A stretch of 64,000 nucleotides of DNA. It comes from Octopus sinensis. Its lineage: Eukaryota. Where the stretch lies: assembly GCF_006345805.1 (NCBI RefSeq), contig NC_043021.1, positions 18,600,001-18,664,000 of the forward strand, in the 5' to 3' direction. The position numbers and the translations under genes were made by a program. The notes under the pieces were generated by a model. The model saw only the letters and a list, made by a program, of their open reading frames with translations. It was not told the DNA's origin and made no database searches. Position 1 is the first letter of the stretch. Every line of letters begins with the position of its first letter. This document shows positions 23,221-36,555 of the stretch, one piece after another.

Positions 23221-26200
23221 TAAGAAAGAAACAATCAAGATTTTATCACAAAATTTCTAAACTGGTAAGCAAATGAAGGCTTAGTCAAGTATTTCTTCTC
23301 CCTCTCTGTTCCAAGTGAAGAACAGTCATTTATTACACTCAAGTACAACCACAATAGTGTTTATTTCAAATGACATTAGTCTATAGCGGTTGTTGTTGTT
23401 TAACACCAGGTCAGTCATGATACAGCAGACCCATGATCAAACATGTTACAACTGTGGCCATCAGAATCCAATGTGTCCTTCTCTTTTTCAGATAATAGAA
23501 AGGGCTGTGAGAAAGATTTGGTTGTTATTTCTAGGTCAAGCAAGTACTTAGACCTGCCTCATTGGCTAATATGTGCAGCTGATGTAGAAGGGAGGTGCAG
23601 TTGTATAGCTTTTTGCCTATACATGCATACAGTAATTATTTCTTTAAAACCTGGCATTTATTCTATCAGTTTCTTTTGCTGACTGGGGTAGCCAGGTCTC
23701 TCCTCTACAGCAAGACACCTGTTCCCTTGCCTCTATTCATACTATAAGCTCCCATCAATGGGCATAGTGCCACATCCCTCAATACTACTCCACCTCTCAA
23801 ATGAAAGGTCTTTATCTTACAACTTACCTGGTCACCTCACTCACTGGTGATGGTGCCACATAAAGCACCTGGTACACTTTTTTAAAGTGGTTGGCATTCG
23901 GAAATGCATGGAGCTGTAGAAGCCATGCCAGAGATGACATTGGGATTCAGTGCAGACTATCAAACCATCCAAATGATACCAGTATGGAAAACAGACATAT
24001 GATGATGTTCCATCTTCCCCTTGTACACACAACAATGCATACATCTACTCACCCCTACACCAACACCTCTACACTCTCCAGCCTGGCCCTGATCCAATGA
24101 CTGAAACAAGTAAAGGATAAAAGATAAACAGGGGTACTATATAAGGGGTTTAGTAACATCCTCAAGGAAAATTATGACGAGAAATTGCCCCTCCTGTATC
24201 CCTTGAGTGATGACCCCCCTCCCCTTAAAGTCACAGCATTTGGAACACTAAAAAAAAAACAAAAACCAGCCGACACTTCATGGCTGGATATTTCATTTAT
24301 CATTGATTGGAAATATTTAAATAGCTTCAGAAGCTAATTAATTTTCTTTGTTATTTAACAAAGAAAGGAAGAAAAAAAAAATTAGAAAGACTTAATTAAA
24401 ACAGAAAGGGAAATACAAAGGCAGAAAACCAATAATGCGACATCCAGCATGCGTAGAGTGGAGTGTTTTGCTCAACGTTTAACTCTTCAGCTTCCATAAC
24501 ATTAATGCATGTATTATGGTTGTGAGGGTTAGGGTACTGGACAGCCGATCTAATGACCCTTGACAGTTCAAACTACATTCTCTGTGAGGTACTTCAACCT
24601 TGTAGCATTCAAACTGACCACATCTGGCCAAAATGTTCTGCCTCTATTATGCTCAAACTGGTCAGATCCAACATTTCATACCTTCTCTACAATGTCACAG
24701 TAAAAATAAACAATCACATCATCGAAATCTCAAAGCTACGAGATAATCTAGGATTAATTCAGGACAATGTAATCGTAGTTGTGACTGATGCCAGTGTTGC
24801 ATACCTGGTACATAAAAAAAAACCCTTCAAACTTTGGGCCTCACGGGGGCAGGGCAGTGACAATTGACCGAGAGCTTTGGCGATATACCGTGCTTGCGAA
24901 GACCTGTCCAGCCAAGTGAGATCATAGTTGTGGCTGATGCTGGTATATTGTAACAGGTAACCGTGCTGGTGGAATGTAAAAAGCACCCACTACACTCTTG
25001 GAGGGGTTGGCACTAGGAAAGGCATCCAGCTGAAGAAAACCATGCCAAATCGGATTGGAGCCTGGTGCAGCTCCTTAGTTTACTAATTTCCAGTCAAACT
25101 GTCCAACCCATGCCAGCATGGAAAACAGATGCTAAATGATGATGATGATGATGATTAAATAAGCATGAGATTTGACAGAGTAATCTGAATACTAATGGGT
25201 TAAACTCATAAACAAGGTACATAAATCGCTTGGAAGAGAGCCATCCGAACGTGACTGTAGCCAGTGCCGCCCGACTGGCCTCTGTGCCGGTGGCACGTAA
25301 AAAGCACCATCCGATTGTGGCCATTTGCCAGCCTCGTCTGGCACCTGTACCGGTGGCACGTAAAAAGCACCCACTACACTCACGGAGTGGTTGGCGTTAG
25401 GAAGAGCATCCAGCTGTAGAAAATCTGCCAGATCAGACTGGAGCAGCCTCCTGGCTTCCCAGACCCCAGTTGAACCGTCCAACCCATGCCAGCATGGAAA
25501 GCGGACGTTAAATGATGATGATGATGATAACTGTCTGCACCGGTCTGTCTGTCTGACAAATACTCTACATTGATTGGTTAGTTGTAGGTGGGGGTACATG
25601 AATAACAGCATAACCCCCCATGAGAGCATCTTTATCTTTTGTTTCAGTCACTCGACCAGGGCCAAGCTGGGGCACTGCCTTCAAGGGTTTCATGCCAACA
25701 AATTGACACCAGTTCTTATCTTTTTTCTTCTTTTTAGAGCCTGGTATTCTGTTGGTCTCTTATGGTCGAACTGCTAAGTTACGGGGACATAAACAAACCA
25801 ATAATGGTTGTCAAGCAGTGGGGTGGGGGACAAACATATACAGGTGCAGGCATGGCTGTGTTGTAAGAGGCTTGCTTCCCAACCATGTGGTTCCAGGTTC
25901 AGTCCCACTGCATGGCACTTTGGGCAAGTGACTGCTATTATGGCTGACCAAAGCCTTGTGAGTGGATTTGGCAGATGGAAACTGAAAGAAGCCTGTTTGT
26001 GTGTCTGTGTTTGTCCCCATCACCACCATCGCTTGACAACCAATGCTGGTGTGTTTATGTCCCCATAACTTAGCGGTTTGGCAAAAGAGACCAATAGATT
26101 AAGTACAAGACTTACAAAGAATAAGTCCTGAGGCTGATTTGTTTGACTAAAGGTGGTTAAACTTAGGGTTAAAAATAAGACTGACTCCCTGTGATATGAT

Positions 26201-28322
26201 GAGGGGCCGTAGTGGGATAAAGTTAGCCCCAGTAGACAGAAATCTTGACAGTTCCATCCCATAAAGCAATGGATGATTTGTACATTAATGGATACACAAT
26301 ATTTTGGATGTAGTCTAATAACCCTAACGAGATATGTTTATTTGAAGTGCCTCATCATTGATTAGCAACTGTTAATTATGGATTACACTGCAGTGGGGTT
26401 TAGACAACAAAAGTTATGTCTGAGACGTATTGTGAATGATGGAAATTTATAACCAACATAATTGTCTTTCATTTTTTTGTTTCAGTCAGAGTGTGGCCAT
26501 GTTGGGGCACCTTATCAGTATCTTTTGCCCAACTGCTAAGTTACAGGGACAACACACCATCACTGGTTGTGAAGCAGCTGGTGAAGACAAACACAGACAC
26601 ACACGACAGGCTTCCTTCAGTTCCCATCTACCAAACCCACTAACAAGGTTGGCCAGAGGCTATAGTAGAAGACACTTGCCTGAGGTGCTATGCAGTGGGA
26701 CTGAACCTGGAACCATTTGGTTGGGAAGCAAGCTTCTTACCACACAGCCATGCCTAGTCAGTTTACCATTTTCTTAATTATTTCCTCAAAACACTCGCCT
26801 CTGTTTTACCATTAACTCCCTGCTACAATTCCAATATTAAGATAAAAGATTCGGCAGTACAGGCATGGCTGTGTGGTTAAGATGTCTGTTTTGCAACCAT
26901 GTGGTTTCAGGTTCAGTTTCACTGCACAGCACCTTGGGCAAGTGTCTTCTGCAATGGCCATGGGCCGAGCAACACCTTGTGGAGATGCCAGTCATATATG
27001 CCGTTACATTCTGAGTTCAACTTTGTCTTTCATCCTTTCGGGGACGATAAATTAAGTACCAGTTGCGCACTGGGATCGATGTAATCAACTTAATCCGTTT
27101 GTGTGGTTAAGATGTTTGTTTCCTCGCTCACTCGATGGAGAAGGGATCAGGCTGTCGCCGAGCGGTGGTTCATTATCTGGTGCAAAGCGCGCGGTGCATG
27201 TCGAGCGCCGACGCAGCCGATGCGCGACCCTTAGTATCTATGTGTTTGTGCCCTGACCACCTGACAACCAATGTTTGTTTGTTCATGTCCCCATAATGTA
27301 GCAGTTCAACAAAAAAGGGATCATAGAATAAGCACCAGACTTGGTAAACAGAAAAAAGGTATTATGGTTGCTTTGTTGAACAAAATGTTTCAAGGGCATT
27401 GCTCCAGTGTGGCCATAGTCTAATGACTAAAACAAAAGGTAGAAGACAACAGAAAGAGACTTGCTCAAGGTGCCACCCAGTGAGATAGAACTCAAAACCT
27501 CATGGTTATGAAGTGAACTAAATATTCACACACCCATGCTTCTGCTTTAACTGTTAGTTCTGACAGTAATACTTAAGTATTAGCACCTTTGTATTGCTGA
27601 AGACTGGGTGTTTGGCTTCCAAAGGTTATTGGTACTTCCCCAATACTTGAGTAACTCAGAGGAAACAAAAAAAAAAAAAAACCCGTCCCTATCTGTTTCT
27701 TTATTACCCACAAGGGGCTAAACATAGAGGGGACAGACAAGGATAGACAAATGGATTAAGTTGATTACATCGACCCCAGTGCGCAACTGGTACTTAATTT
27801 ATCGACCCCGAAAGGATGAAAGGCAAAGTCGACCTCAGCTGAATTTGAACTCAGAATGTAACGGCAGATGAAATACAGCTACGCATTTCGCCCAGCGTGC
27901 TAACAGTTCTGCCAGCTCGCCACCTTATAAACCTGTCCCTATCATTCTGTGACAAATGGTTTCATCTAAAACATTAAACTACCAAATATAAAAGGATGGT
28001 TGAGTGATTAACCTTTTAGCATTCAGATTATCCAATCAAATGCAAGGCTTCTTAATTCATATCGTTTTCAATCAACCATACGTTATCTCATAATTTCAAG
28101 ATTTCAATGATGTGATTGTATAGTTTTTGAATGACATTGTAAGGGAGGTGTGATAGGTCAGATCTGGCTAGTTTAAATGCTAAAGGGTTAAGGAGGTTGC
28201 AGCCATGTGCTTTTGGGAAGTGGCAGCTTGGGAAAGTATCTTTGACTATAGCCCAAGGCTCTATGCCAATTTTTCTACCCTGATGAAGGAGGCTGGTATC
28301 ACCGTAGTATTTATATGCATCT

Positions 28323-28536
28323 AAGGCGGCGAGCTGGCAGAGATGTTAGCATGCTGGATAAAATGCTTAGGTGTTTAGTCTGTCTTTATGTTCTGAGTTC
28401 AAATTCCACAGAGGTCGACATTGCCTTTCATCCTTTCAGGGTCGATAAATTAAGTATCAGTTGCATACTGGGGTCAATCTAATCGACTGGCCCCCTCCCC
28501 CAAAATTTCGGGCCTTGTGCCTAGAGTAGAAAAGAA
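28323..28536 (+). mobile_element. tRNA-derived SINE family B (Nin/Deu-domain-like) with 15 bp TSD
   Basis: GAGTTCAAATTCC B-box, GCCTTTCATCCTTTC..GTCGATAAATTAAGTA domain; TSD TATTTATATGCATCT (28308-22, 28537-51). Other copies near 8721, 10203, 16232, 27690, 34512, 39306, 44635, 44895, 45690, 46519, 47462, 48963, 50258, 53226, 59651. Confidence 0.85.
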
Positions 28537-29942
28537 TATTTATATGCATCTTATACTGGTTGCATATCCTTGAATTTTCGCAGTCCATCAGTCAATGAAA
28601 AACATTACAACAATTGCATAATTCTGAGCCCCCAGAAACAGCTGTTGGCTTTAAAGTACTTTAATAAGTATGCTTTCGCCCCTTAGTTTTCTGTATTTTT
28701 TGAGCCCCTTGTAAATGTATTTACTTTATAAATATATAAATATCTATATGCTTGTACATGAATGTCCGTCGTCTGAAAATTTTCAGTTTTTTCTTTATCT
28801 CTCTTATGTATCCCAATACTTATTTATGTGTGTATATGTATTTATATTATTTTTATCAACTCCTAGTGTGTTTATCAGCATCACTATAATATGTGTGTGT
28901 GTGTGTGTGTGTGCCAGTTACATGCAAAAGCACCCACTACACTCTTGGAATGGTTGGCATTAGAAAAGGCATCCAGGCGTAGAAATCAAGCTGAAACCTG
29001 GTAGAACTCGCTGGCTTGCCATTTCCAGTCAAACTGCCCAACCCATGCCAGCATGGAAAACGGATGCTAAAATGATGATGATGGTGATGATACGAGCGAG
29101 TGGAAAAATGAAAGAGGCACTCCACACACTTTGTAGGAGTTATATTATTTAAAACAGAGATTTGGGTCCATGAGACTTAAAATTTTGCAGATTTCTAACA
29201 GAAACCTCGCTCGTTCAGATTACCAAATTGGGCCTCGTGCCAGTGGCACATAAAAAGCACCATCTGATCGTGGCCGTTTGCCAGCCTCCTCTGGCACCTG
29301 TGCCGGTGGCACGTAAAAAGCACCCACTACACTCACGGAGTGGTTGGCGTTAGGAAGGGCATCCAGCCATAGAAACATTGCCAGATCAGACTGGGCCTGG
29401 CGCAGCCTTCTGGCTTCCCAGACCCCAGTTGAACCGTCCAACCCATGCTAGCATGGAAAGCAGATGCTAAACGATGATGATGATGATGATGTAATCTATG
29501 CCAGAATGAGCAGCATTCCTGTTTCAAGCCTGCAAAACTGTTACTGAATCAAACTGTTTTAAATAATAAATATATACACGGAAACACACACAACCATATA
29601 TAAGTTCTATAACACTGATAATACATGATGTAATGGTCAACCTGATATCCCCACGTTACCGAAACAAGTACAAGAAATAAGCTTGGAATATGAAGAATTT
29701 GTAATTAAAAGTGTGTGTGTGTGTAGATGGATGTGTGTTGTCTGAACAGGAACCAAACTTTCAAAACTGTGCATCAATCGGTGCAGCAAACTTGTAAACT
29801 ACAAGTGGAGAACATGAGTGACCTTGACCTTTGATCACATAATCCTGCCATTTCAGTGATTGATCTGTTACATGCGCAGGAGTGCAATAGGTAGGGAAGC
29901 TGTAAAATAATGCATGATTAAGTCAAAACAATGTGAATAAAT

Positions 29943-30034
29943 ATGCAGCTGCCCTCATCTGCACCTCCTGCCGTGAAGTTGTGTCCCAGATGAACCAACT
30001 TCACGGCAGGAGGTGCAGATGAGGGCAGCTGCAT
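29943..30034. repeat. Perfect 39 bp inverted repeat with 14 nt loop
   Basis: 29943-29981 is the exact reverse complement of 29996-30034. Confidence 0.95.
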
Positions 30035-30277
30035 CGAACTCTCTCATGCACCAAATGGCAATTGCTAAAAGGCATTTGTGAAGTAAAATCATGTAGCAAC
30101 ACCAAATGGCGGTGCCCCAGCATGGCCACAGCTCGTGAGCAGAAACTAGATAAAAATAAAAAAATAAAAATCAGAATGGTAATCTGAATGCTAAAGGGTT
30201 GAGAGGCAGTGTAAAGGAATCCGTCTGGGATACAAACAAACACCTGGATGCAACAACACAACAGCACACCTAATTAA

Positions 30278-30483
30278 CCCTTTCATTACCAATCCGGCCG
30301 AAACCGGCTCTAGCTCTGAGTACAAATGTCTTGTTTTTATAAGATTTGAATTAAAATTAGTCACAATTTATGTTCCTATCACTAGCTTAATGATAACTAA
30401 GTTATTTTACTAAATTCTTTGTTATATTTAAAGTAATTGAAAGAAACACTGAGCATCTCAAAATAAATACAGTAACGAAAGGG
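30278..30483. mobile_element. piggyBac-like MITE
   Basis: TTAA TSD, CCC/GGG ends, same family. Confidence 0.8.
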
Positions 30484-31060
30484 TTAAATGTCACTTATTT
30501 GTGACACTGACAAACAGACTCTCAACTCTCAGCTACCCTTGTCTCAATATTTAGCCCCTGCAGCCTTTCGTTTTCAGTGTCCCCAAAGTCGAAATCCAAC
30601 TTGAAAGGTCACTAATTTGAGATGGTGGAAGACAAGAAAATTCCACAACTAGAAGAATGAACTACTCTTGGAAATGTGTTTAGAAAAACTGGAATAAAAA
30701 TGTTGGTAGAGAAATATCAACAGTGGCAGGAACTATTTTGAAAGGATCTAATAAAAGTCTGATTGATTTGTAAGTGAAGTAATACATTTGTTCTTTGAAA
30801 AGTTTTAGACAAACATTATACATGCACATTTTATAGACATATATAACCAACCTCACACACACACAGCTGGTTAAACTTCTGTACTAAACAGGAACCTCAA
30901 GCTGCTGTTAAATGTGACAACATAAATTCAGTTTCAGTAGAATGATTAATCAATGATACACAGCAAAACTGACATTGTTATTATTATTATTATGACATCA
31001 TCACATGATATACTATCATATTTACATGTTTATTCTATGACAAACAACATTACTATAGAG

Positions 31061-31261
31061 CAATAGTTTTCAACCAGGGTTCCGCCAGTACAGTCCAGGG
31101 GTTCCACAAGAAGTTACAAAACTGCTAAAATCAACAGTAATTTTTAATTCTCCTGTGCAGATATGTGTGCATAAGACTATTAAATTATTGCACAGGGGTT
31201 CCTCGAGCCAGAGGAATGTTTCCTTGGGGTTCCGCTCCAGGAAAAAGTTTGAAAAGCACTG
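31061..31261. mobile_element. hAT MITE, same family as 7128-7328
   Basis: Near-identical body; 8 bp TSD CTATAGAG (31053-60, 31262-69). Confidence 0.85.
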
Positions 31262-32141
31262 CTATAGAGCAATGTTTCTCAACCAGGGTCCAGATAAGAT
31301 TTTGTTCAAATTGGCTGTGTGGTAAGAAGCTTGCTTCCCAACCACATGGTTCTGGGTTCAGTCCCATTGCGTGGCACCCTCGGCAAGTGTCTTTCACTAT
31401 GGCCTCGGGCCGACCAAAGCCTTGTGAGTGGATTTGGTAGACAACAGCGTTTCACACAGAAAAACAATAGAATGAGGACAGGTATGGCAATGTGATCCAG
31501 ACTGGCCGTTGTTTACACTTAGCTCAGCCCTATTATCAAAGATTTTCTAACCATGACCATCCTGTTCTTCACATCCAATTTTCAAGACAGTAGAGTGTAT
31601 TGTGAGGGAGTTTACCCGGCTGCTATTTCTAGCAGTGATAATCCTGATATTCATGAACTCGAGGAATTGAGGAGGGGGTTTGGAGTGGGAAGAGCAAGAA
31701 TTTGTAGCAGTTTAAATGGATTGGGTTGTAGTTGCTATGGTTACATTATCTCATCTGAAAGTGGATCAACTGAGTAATTCCCTTGTGAATATATTAGACA
31801 AACAGCAACTGTAGCACACTGACCACCAGCAGTGACCATTTCCACTGTGAACACCACAATGCATCTACAGGAATACAGATGAGACAAGACGGCTTCTACA
31901 CAGTTGCTTTCTCTGCTAGAAATAGCAGTAAGACTTCCCTCAAGCCACACACTGTCTTAAGATGAAGGACACGTTGTATGGTTATGTGATTCTAGTTGCT
32001 CTCTCTGAGAAATAAGACAGGATAAGTGGCATTCTGTTGGTTATGACGATGAGGGTTCCACTTGATGTGATCAACAGAACAGCCTGCTTGTGAAATGAAT
32101 GTTCAAGTGGCTGAGCACTCCACAGACATGAGTACCCTTAA

Positions 32142-32775
32142 CCCTTTTGTTACCATATTTATTTTGAAATACTCTTTTACTCTTTTACTTGTTTCAGTCA
32201 TTTGACTGCGGCCATGCTGGAGCACCGCCTTTAGTTGAACAAATCGACCCCGGGACTTATTCTTTGTAAGCCCAGTACTTATTCTATCGGTCTCTTTTGC
32301 CAAACCGCTATGTGACGGGGACGTAAACACACCAGCATCGGTTGTCAAGCAATGCTAGGGGGACAAACACAAGCACACAAACACACACATACATATATAT
32401 ATATATATACATATATACGACAGCCTTCTTTCAGTTTCCGTCTACCAAATCCGCTCACAAGGCATTTGTCGGCCCGGGGCTATAGCAGAAGACACTTGCC
32501 CAAGATGCCACGCAGTGGGACTGAACCCAGAACCATGTGGTTGGTAAACAAGCTACTTACCACACAGCCACTCCTGCGCCTTGTTTTGTGTTTCTTTCAA
32601 TTACTTTAAAATATCACAAAGAATTTAGTAAAATAACTTAGTTATCATTAAGCTTTTGTTAGGAACATAAATTGTGACCATGGTTTGGTGGAAGATTTTC
32701 ATTCAAAATATATGAAAACAAGACTTTTGTAATACAGAGCCAGAGGCGGTTTTAGCCGGGTTGGTATTGAAAGAG
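32142..32775. mobile_element. piggyBac-like MITE interrupted by a SINE (about 32171-32580)
   Basis: TTAA at 32138-41 and 32776-79; the MITE body resumes after the SINE. Confidence 0.75.
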
Positions 32776-33219
32776 TTAACATAGTTCTCAAGAAGATTCA
32801 GTGTGACACAATGTGACAAAGCTGGTGCTTTTGAGTTACAGAGACAACTCATTTTTGACAGCTAGGCGCAATATGAAATAAAGTGTCTTGCTCAAGGACA
32901 CACCGTGCTGCTAGGAGTTGAACTCACAACCTTATGATTGTGAGTAGATTACCTTAACCACTAAGTCACATGACGAGCAATTATAAGGGGGAGGGGTTTT
33001 ATGCATAGTAGTAGTAGTATTAATGGGTCAGACAAAATGCCTTGTGGTAATTATACCAGCTCTTACATTTTGAAATCAAAATCCCACCAAAGTCGACATT
33101 GCCATTCATCCTTCTGGGATTGATATAATAAAGCACCAATCACATACTGGGGTCGATGTCACTGACTTAACCCCCTCCCCTTAAAACTGTTACCCTTGTG
33201 CCTATATCAGAAACCCTTA

Positions 33220-33500
33220 TTACGTCCGCCTTAGCAAAGGCAGAGGTATTGTTTTCACTTGTGTTTGTTTGTCTGTGGACAAGATATCTCAAGAACCACT
33301 GCATGGATTTAGATGAAACTTCTGGAGATGTTTGGCCTCAAGACTGGCACAAACTGATTAGATTTTAGGATCGATCCGGTACTGAACAAGAATTCTGGAT
33401 TATTTTTCCATTTTATTTTACTTTTAAGAGTGATCAGGTTCAGTTTTAGTATTCTTGTTTGTGAGAGCAATCTAGTTTATTTCAGATATTCTCATTTTGG
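33220..33500 (+). mobile_element. Non-autonomous DNA element fragment (Crypton-A/HINE-like)
   Basis: TATTACGTCCGCC..GAGGTATTGTTTTCA..GTTTGTCTGT..GATATCTCAAGAACC..TGGATTT.GATGAAAC pattern, recognised from similar elements in aquatic animals; class uncertain. Confidence 0.4.
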
Positions 33501-33736
33501 ATGGTTTGACCAGACTTGGAAAGCTGGAGAGCTGCACCAGGCTCCAGTCGGATTTGGCTTGGATTCTACGGCTGGATGCCCTTCCGCATGCCAACTACTT
33601 TACAGAGTGGGCTGGGTGTTTTTCTGAGGCACCACACAAGTGCCCTTACATGGCACTGGCACAGGACTCTTGCAGACCAATTCTCTCCACCAGAGGGTCG
33701 TGGCCTTAACACTTCTGCCATAGAGTACAGATCATC

Positions 33737-33920
33737 TTGAGGACAGCAAGGTGTCAGGTATCTCAGTCCTTCATCATCTCATCTGAAAGGTTCAGCATCC
33801 TGAGGTTGACCTACAGCACTTCATCCCATGTCTTATTGGGCCTCCTTCTTCCACATGTTCCATCTACTTTGAGAGATTGGCACTTATTTATGGAGCTGTT
33901 GGCATCCATCCACACACTTA
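33737..33920 (-). mobile_element. RTE-clade LINE 3' fragment (old)
   Basis: GTCGRRRPNKTWDEVL..LRML motif on the minus strand. Confidence 0.55.
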
Positions 33921-35140
33921 TGATGTATGGAGCTGTCGTGTCTTCTACTATAAGCATCATCATCATCAGCATCACTTAACGTCCGCTTTCCATGTCCGAC
34001 CAAAGCCTTATGAATGGATTTGGTGGATGGAAACTGAAAGAAGCCTGTCGTATACATTATATTTATGTATGCATGAATGCTTGTGATATCGTGTGATAGA
34101 TGTAAACGAGCATCACTGTCATACATGCAATATATGTTTTCAGTCTTCCATGAAACAAGATTTGGCCATGAAGTGATATTACTTTGCCTAGTAATAGGTA
34201 AGGGTTAGCAACAGGAAGGGCATCCAGCTGTAAAAAATCCACCTTAACAAATTCCGCCTGATCTATGTAAGCATGGAAAAGTGGACATGAAATCAATGAT
34301 GATGACATGTATAATATATACATAGGGCCTCACGGAGGCAAAGTGGCCGAGTTCCTTTCAAGTGTTGGGCCTCATGGAGGCAATGACCAAGATCTTTGGC
34401 ATTATGTCGTGCTTGGGAAGAAGACCCATCAAACTGAGCGAAATTGCAGTCGTAGCAGATACCAGTATCACACAAAATGGCCTCCATGCTGGTGGTATGT
34501 AAAAGCACCCAAAGGTGGTGAGCTGGTAGAAATGTTAGCACGCTGGGCAAAATGTTTAGTGGTATTTCGTCTGCCGCTACGTTCTGAGTTCAAATTCCGC
34601 TGAGGTCGACTTTGCCTTTCATCCTTTCGGGGTCGATAAATTAAGTACCAGTTACACACTGGGGTCGATGCAATCGACTTAATACCCATGTCTGTCCTTG
34701 TTTGTCCCCTCTGTGTTTAGCCCCTTGTGGGTAATAAAGTAATAGGTATGTAAAAGCACCCTTTACACTCTTGGAGTGGTTGGCATTAGGAAGGGCATCC
34801 AGCTGTAGAAAACCATGCCAAATCAGACTGGACTCTGGTGCAACCTTCCAGCATGACAGCCCGGTCAAACTCAAGCCAGCAAGGACAACAGATGTTAAAT
34901 GTTGATGATGACGACAGGCATGGTTGTGTGGCTAAGAAGCTCACTTTGCAGCCATGGCACCTTGGGCAAGTGTCTCCTACAGCCCTGGACTGACCAATGC
35001 CTTGCGAGTAAATTTGGTAGATGGAAACTGTGTGGAAGCACCTCTGATTCATGCAATCATGGAAAAGCCAATGATTACATCCGGGCAGTAGTGAAGCTGT
35101 CGTCAGACATACCATGAAAGCTGATACTGCTGCTTCACAT

Positions 35141-35270
35141 GTGGCAGCAGTGGTGGTGGTGACGGTGACGGTGGTGGTGGCAGTGGTGGTGGTGGTGACG
35201 GTGGTGGTGGTGACGGTGGTGGTGGCAGTGGTGGTGGTGGTGGTGGCAGTGGTGGTGGTGGTGGTAGAGG
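35141..35270. repeat. (GTG)n trinucleotide repeat with GAC/GCA interruptions
   Basis: Direct reading; source of the poly-T/poly-V pseudo-ORFs. Confidence 0.9.
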
Positions 35271-36499
35271 TTTTATTAGCTGAACTCATGCATGCCAAGC
35301 GGTACTGGTAAAATTTTGAGAAAGAAGAGGGGAAGTCCCTGATGGTAGACTTAATGTCTTCCCTCTCTCTTTCTGAAATTCAAGGTCAACTTCATCTTCC
35401 CATGGGAGTGGAGGTGAGCCAATAAAACAAAGTACCAGTCATACACTGATGGTCATTTTAACTGAATGCTACCTCCTCCCACACAAAGGCAAGCAGTATC
35501 AAGTGTCCCATCTTGTGTAAAAATATAGTAAGGCACTGATGTGGCTGTGTGGTAAGGAGTTTGTTTCCCAACCACAAGGTTCCAGGTTCACTCGCACTGC
35601 ATGGCACCTTGGGCAGATGTCTTTTACAGTCTCATGCCAACCAAATCTTTGAGTGGATCTGGTAGACAGAAACTGAAAGAAGCCTGTCATATATATATGT
35701 GTGTGTGTGTGTGTGTCTTTGTCCCTCACCTCTGCTTGACAACTGGTGTTGGTGTGTTTACATCCCTGTAACTAAGTAGAGACCAATAGAATAAGTATCA
35801 GACTTTACAAAAAAAAAATAATAGTGAGATAAATTCATTCAACTAAAATTCAATGGTGCCCCAGCATGGCCACAGTCTAAATGACTAAAACAAGTAAAAG
35901 AATAAAGATGACATTTTGACTGCTATGTGCCAATCTTTGGAGTCTCTTGTTCCTACCACATTCTTCGAATTGTTCAACCCCCACCACGACCATCACTCAA
36001 ATAGTTTCATTGTTTTGTTTTTAGAAAGACAGTTCTCTCTGTCTTGACATTGGGTGTCCGTGTGTCAGGCACAAGGCACTGATAACTAATGTTTAGCCCC
36101 AGGTCATCTCAGATCCACAAGACCAATCATCAAAGACATGCCCAGCTGTTACCATCTATAGTGACTTGTTGTTGTTGGTGATGGTTCCAGGCTGGTCCTA
36201 CAATCACCACCACCACCTCTATGCCAGTGGTTCTTAACCCCAGCTCTCAGGGCAGCATGTGGCCCTCAAGTACCCCAACCATCTTCCTTCTACAAATGTA
36301 ATAAATTTTTTATTTATTACACAGGAGTGGCTATGTGGTAAGTAGCTTGTTTACCAACCACATGATTCCGGGTTCAGTTCCACTGCGTGGCACCTTGGGC
36401 AAGTGTCTTCTACTATAGCCTCGGCCAACCAAAGCCTTGTGAGTGGATTTGGTAGACGGAAACTGAAAGAAGCCCATCGTATATATGTATGTATGTATG

Positions 36500-36555
<56 letters not shown>

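Noticed and set aside
22503-23238. 243 aa Ser/Leu-rich ORF, the longest in the track
   Set aside because: Derived from GA/CT compound microsatellite.
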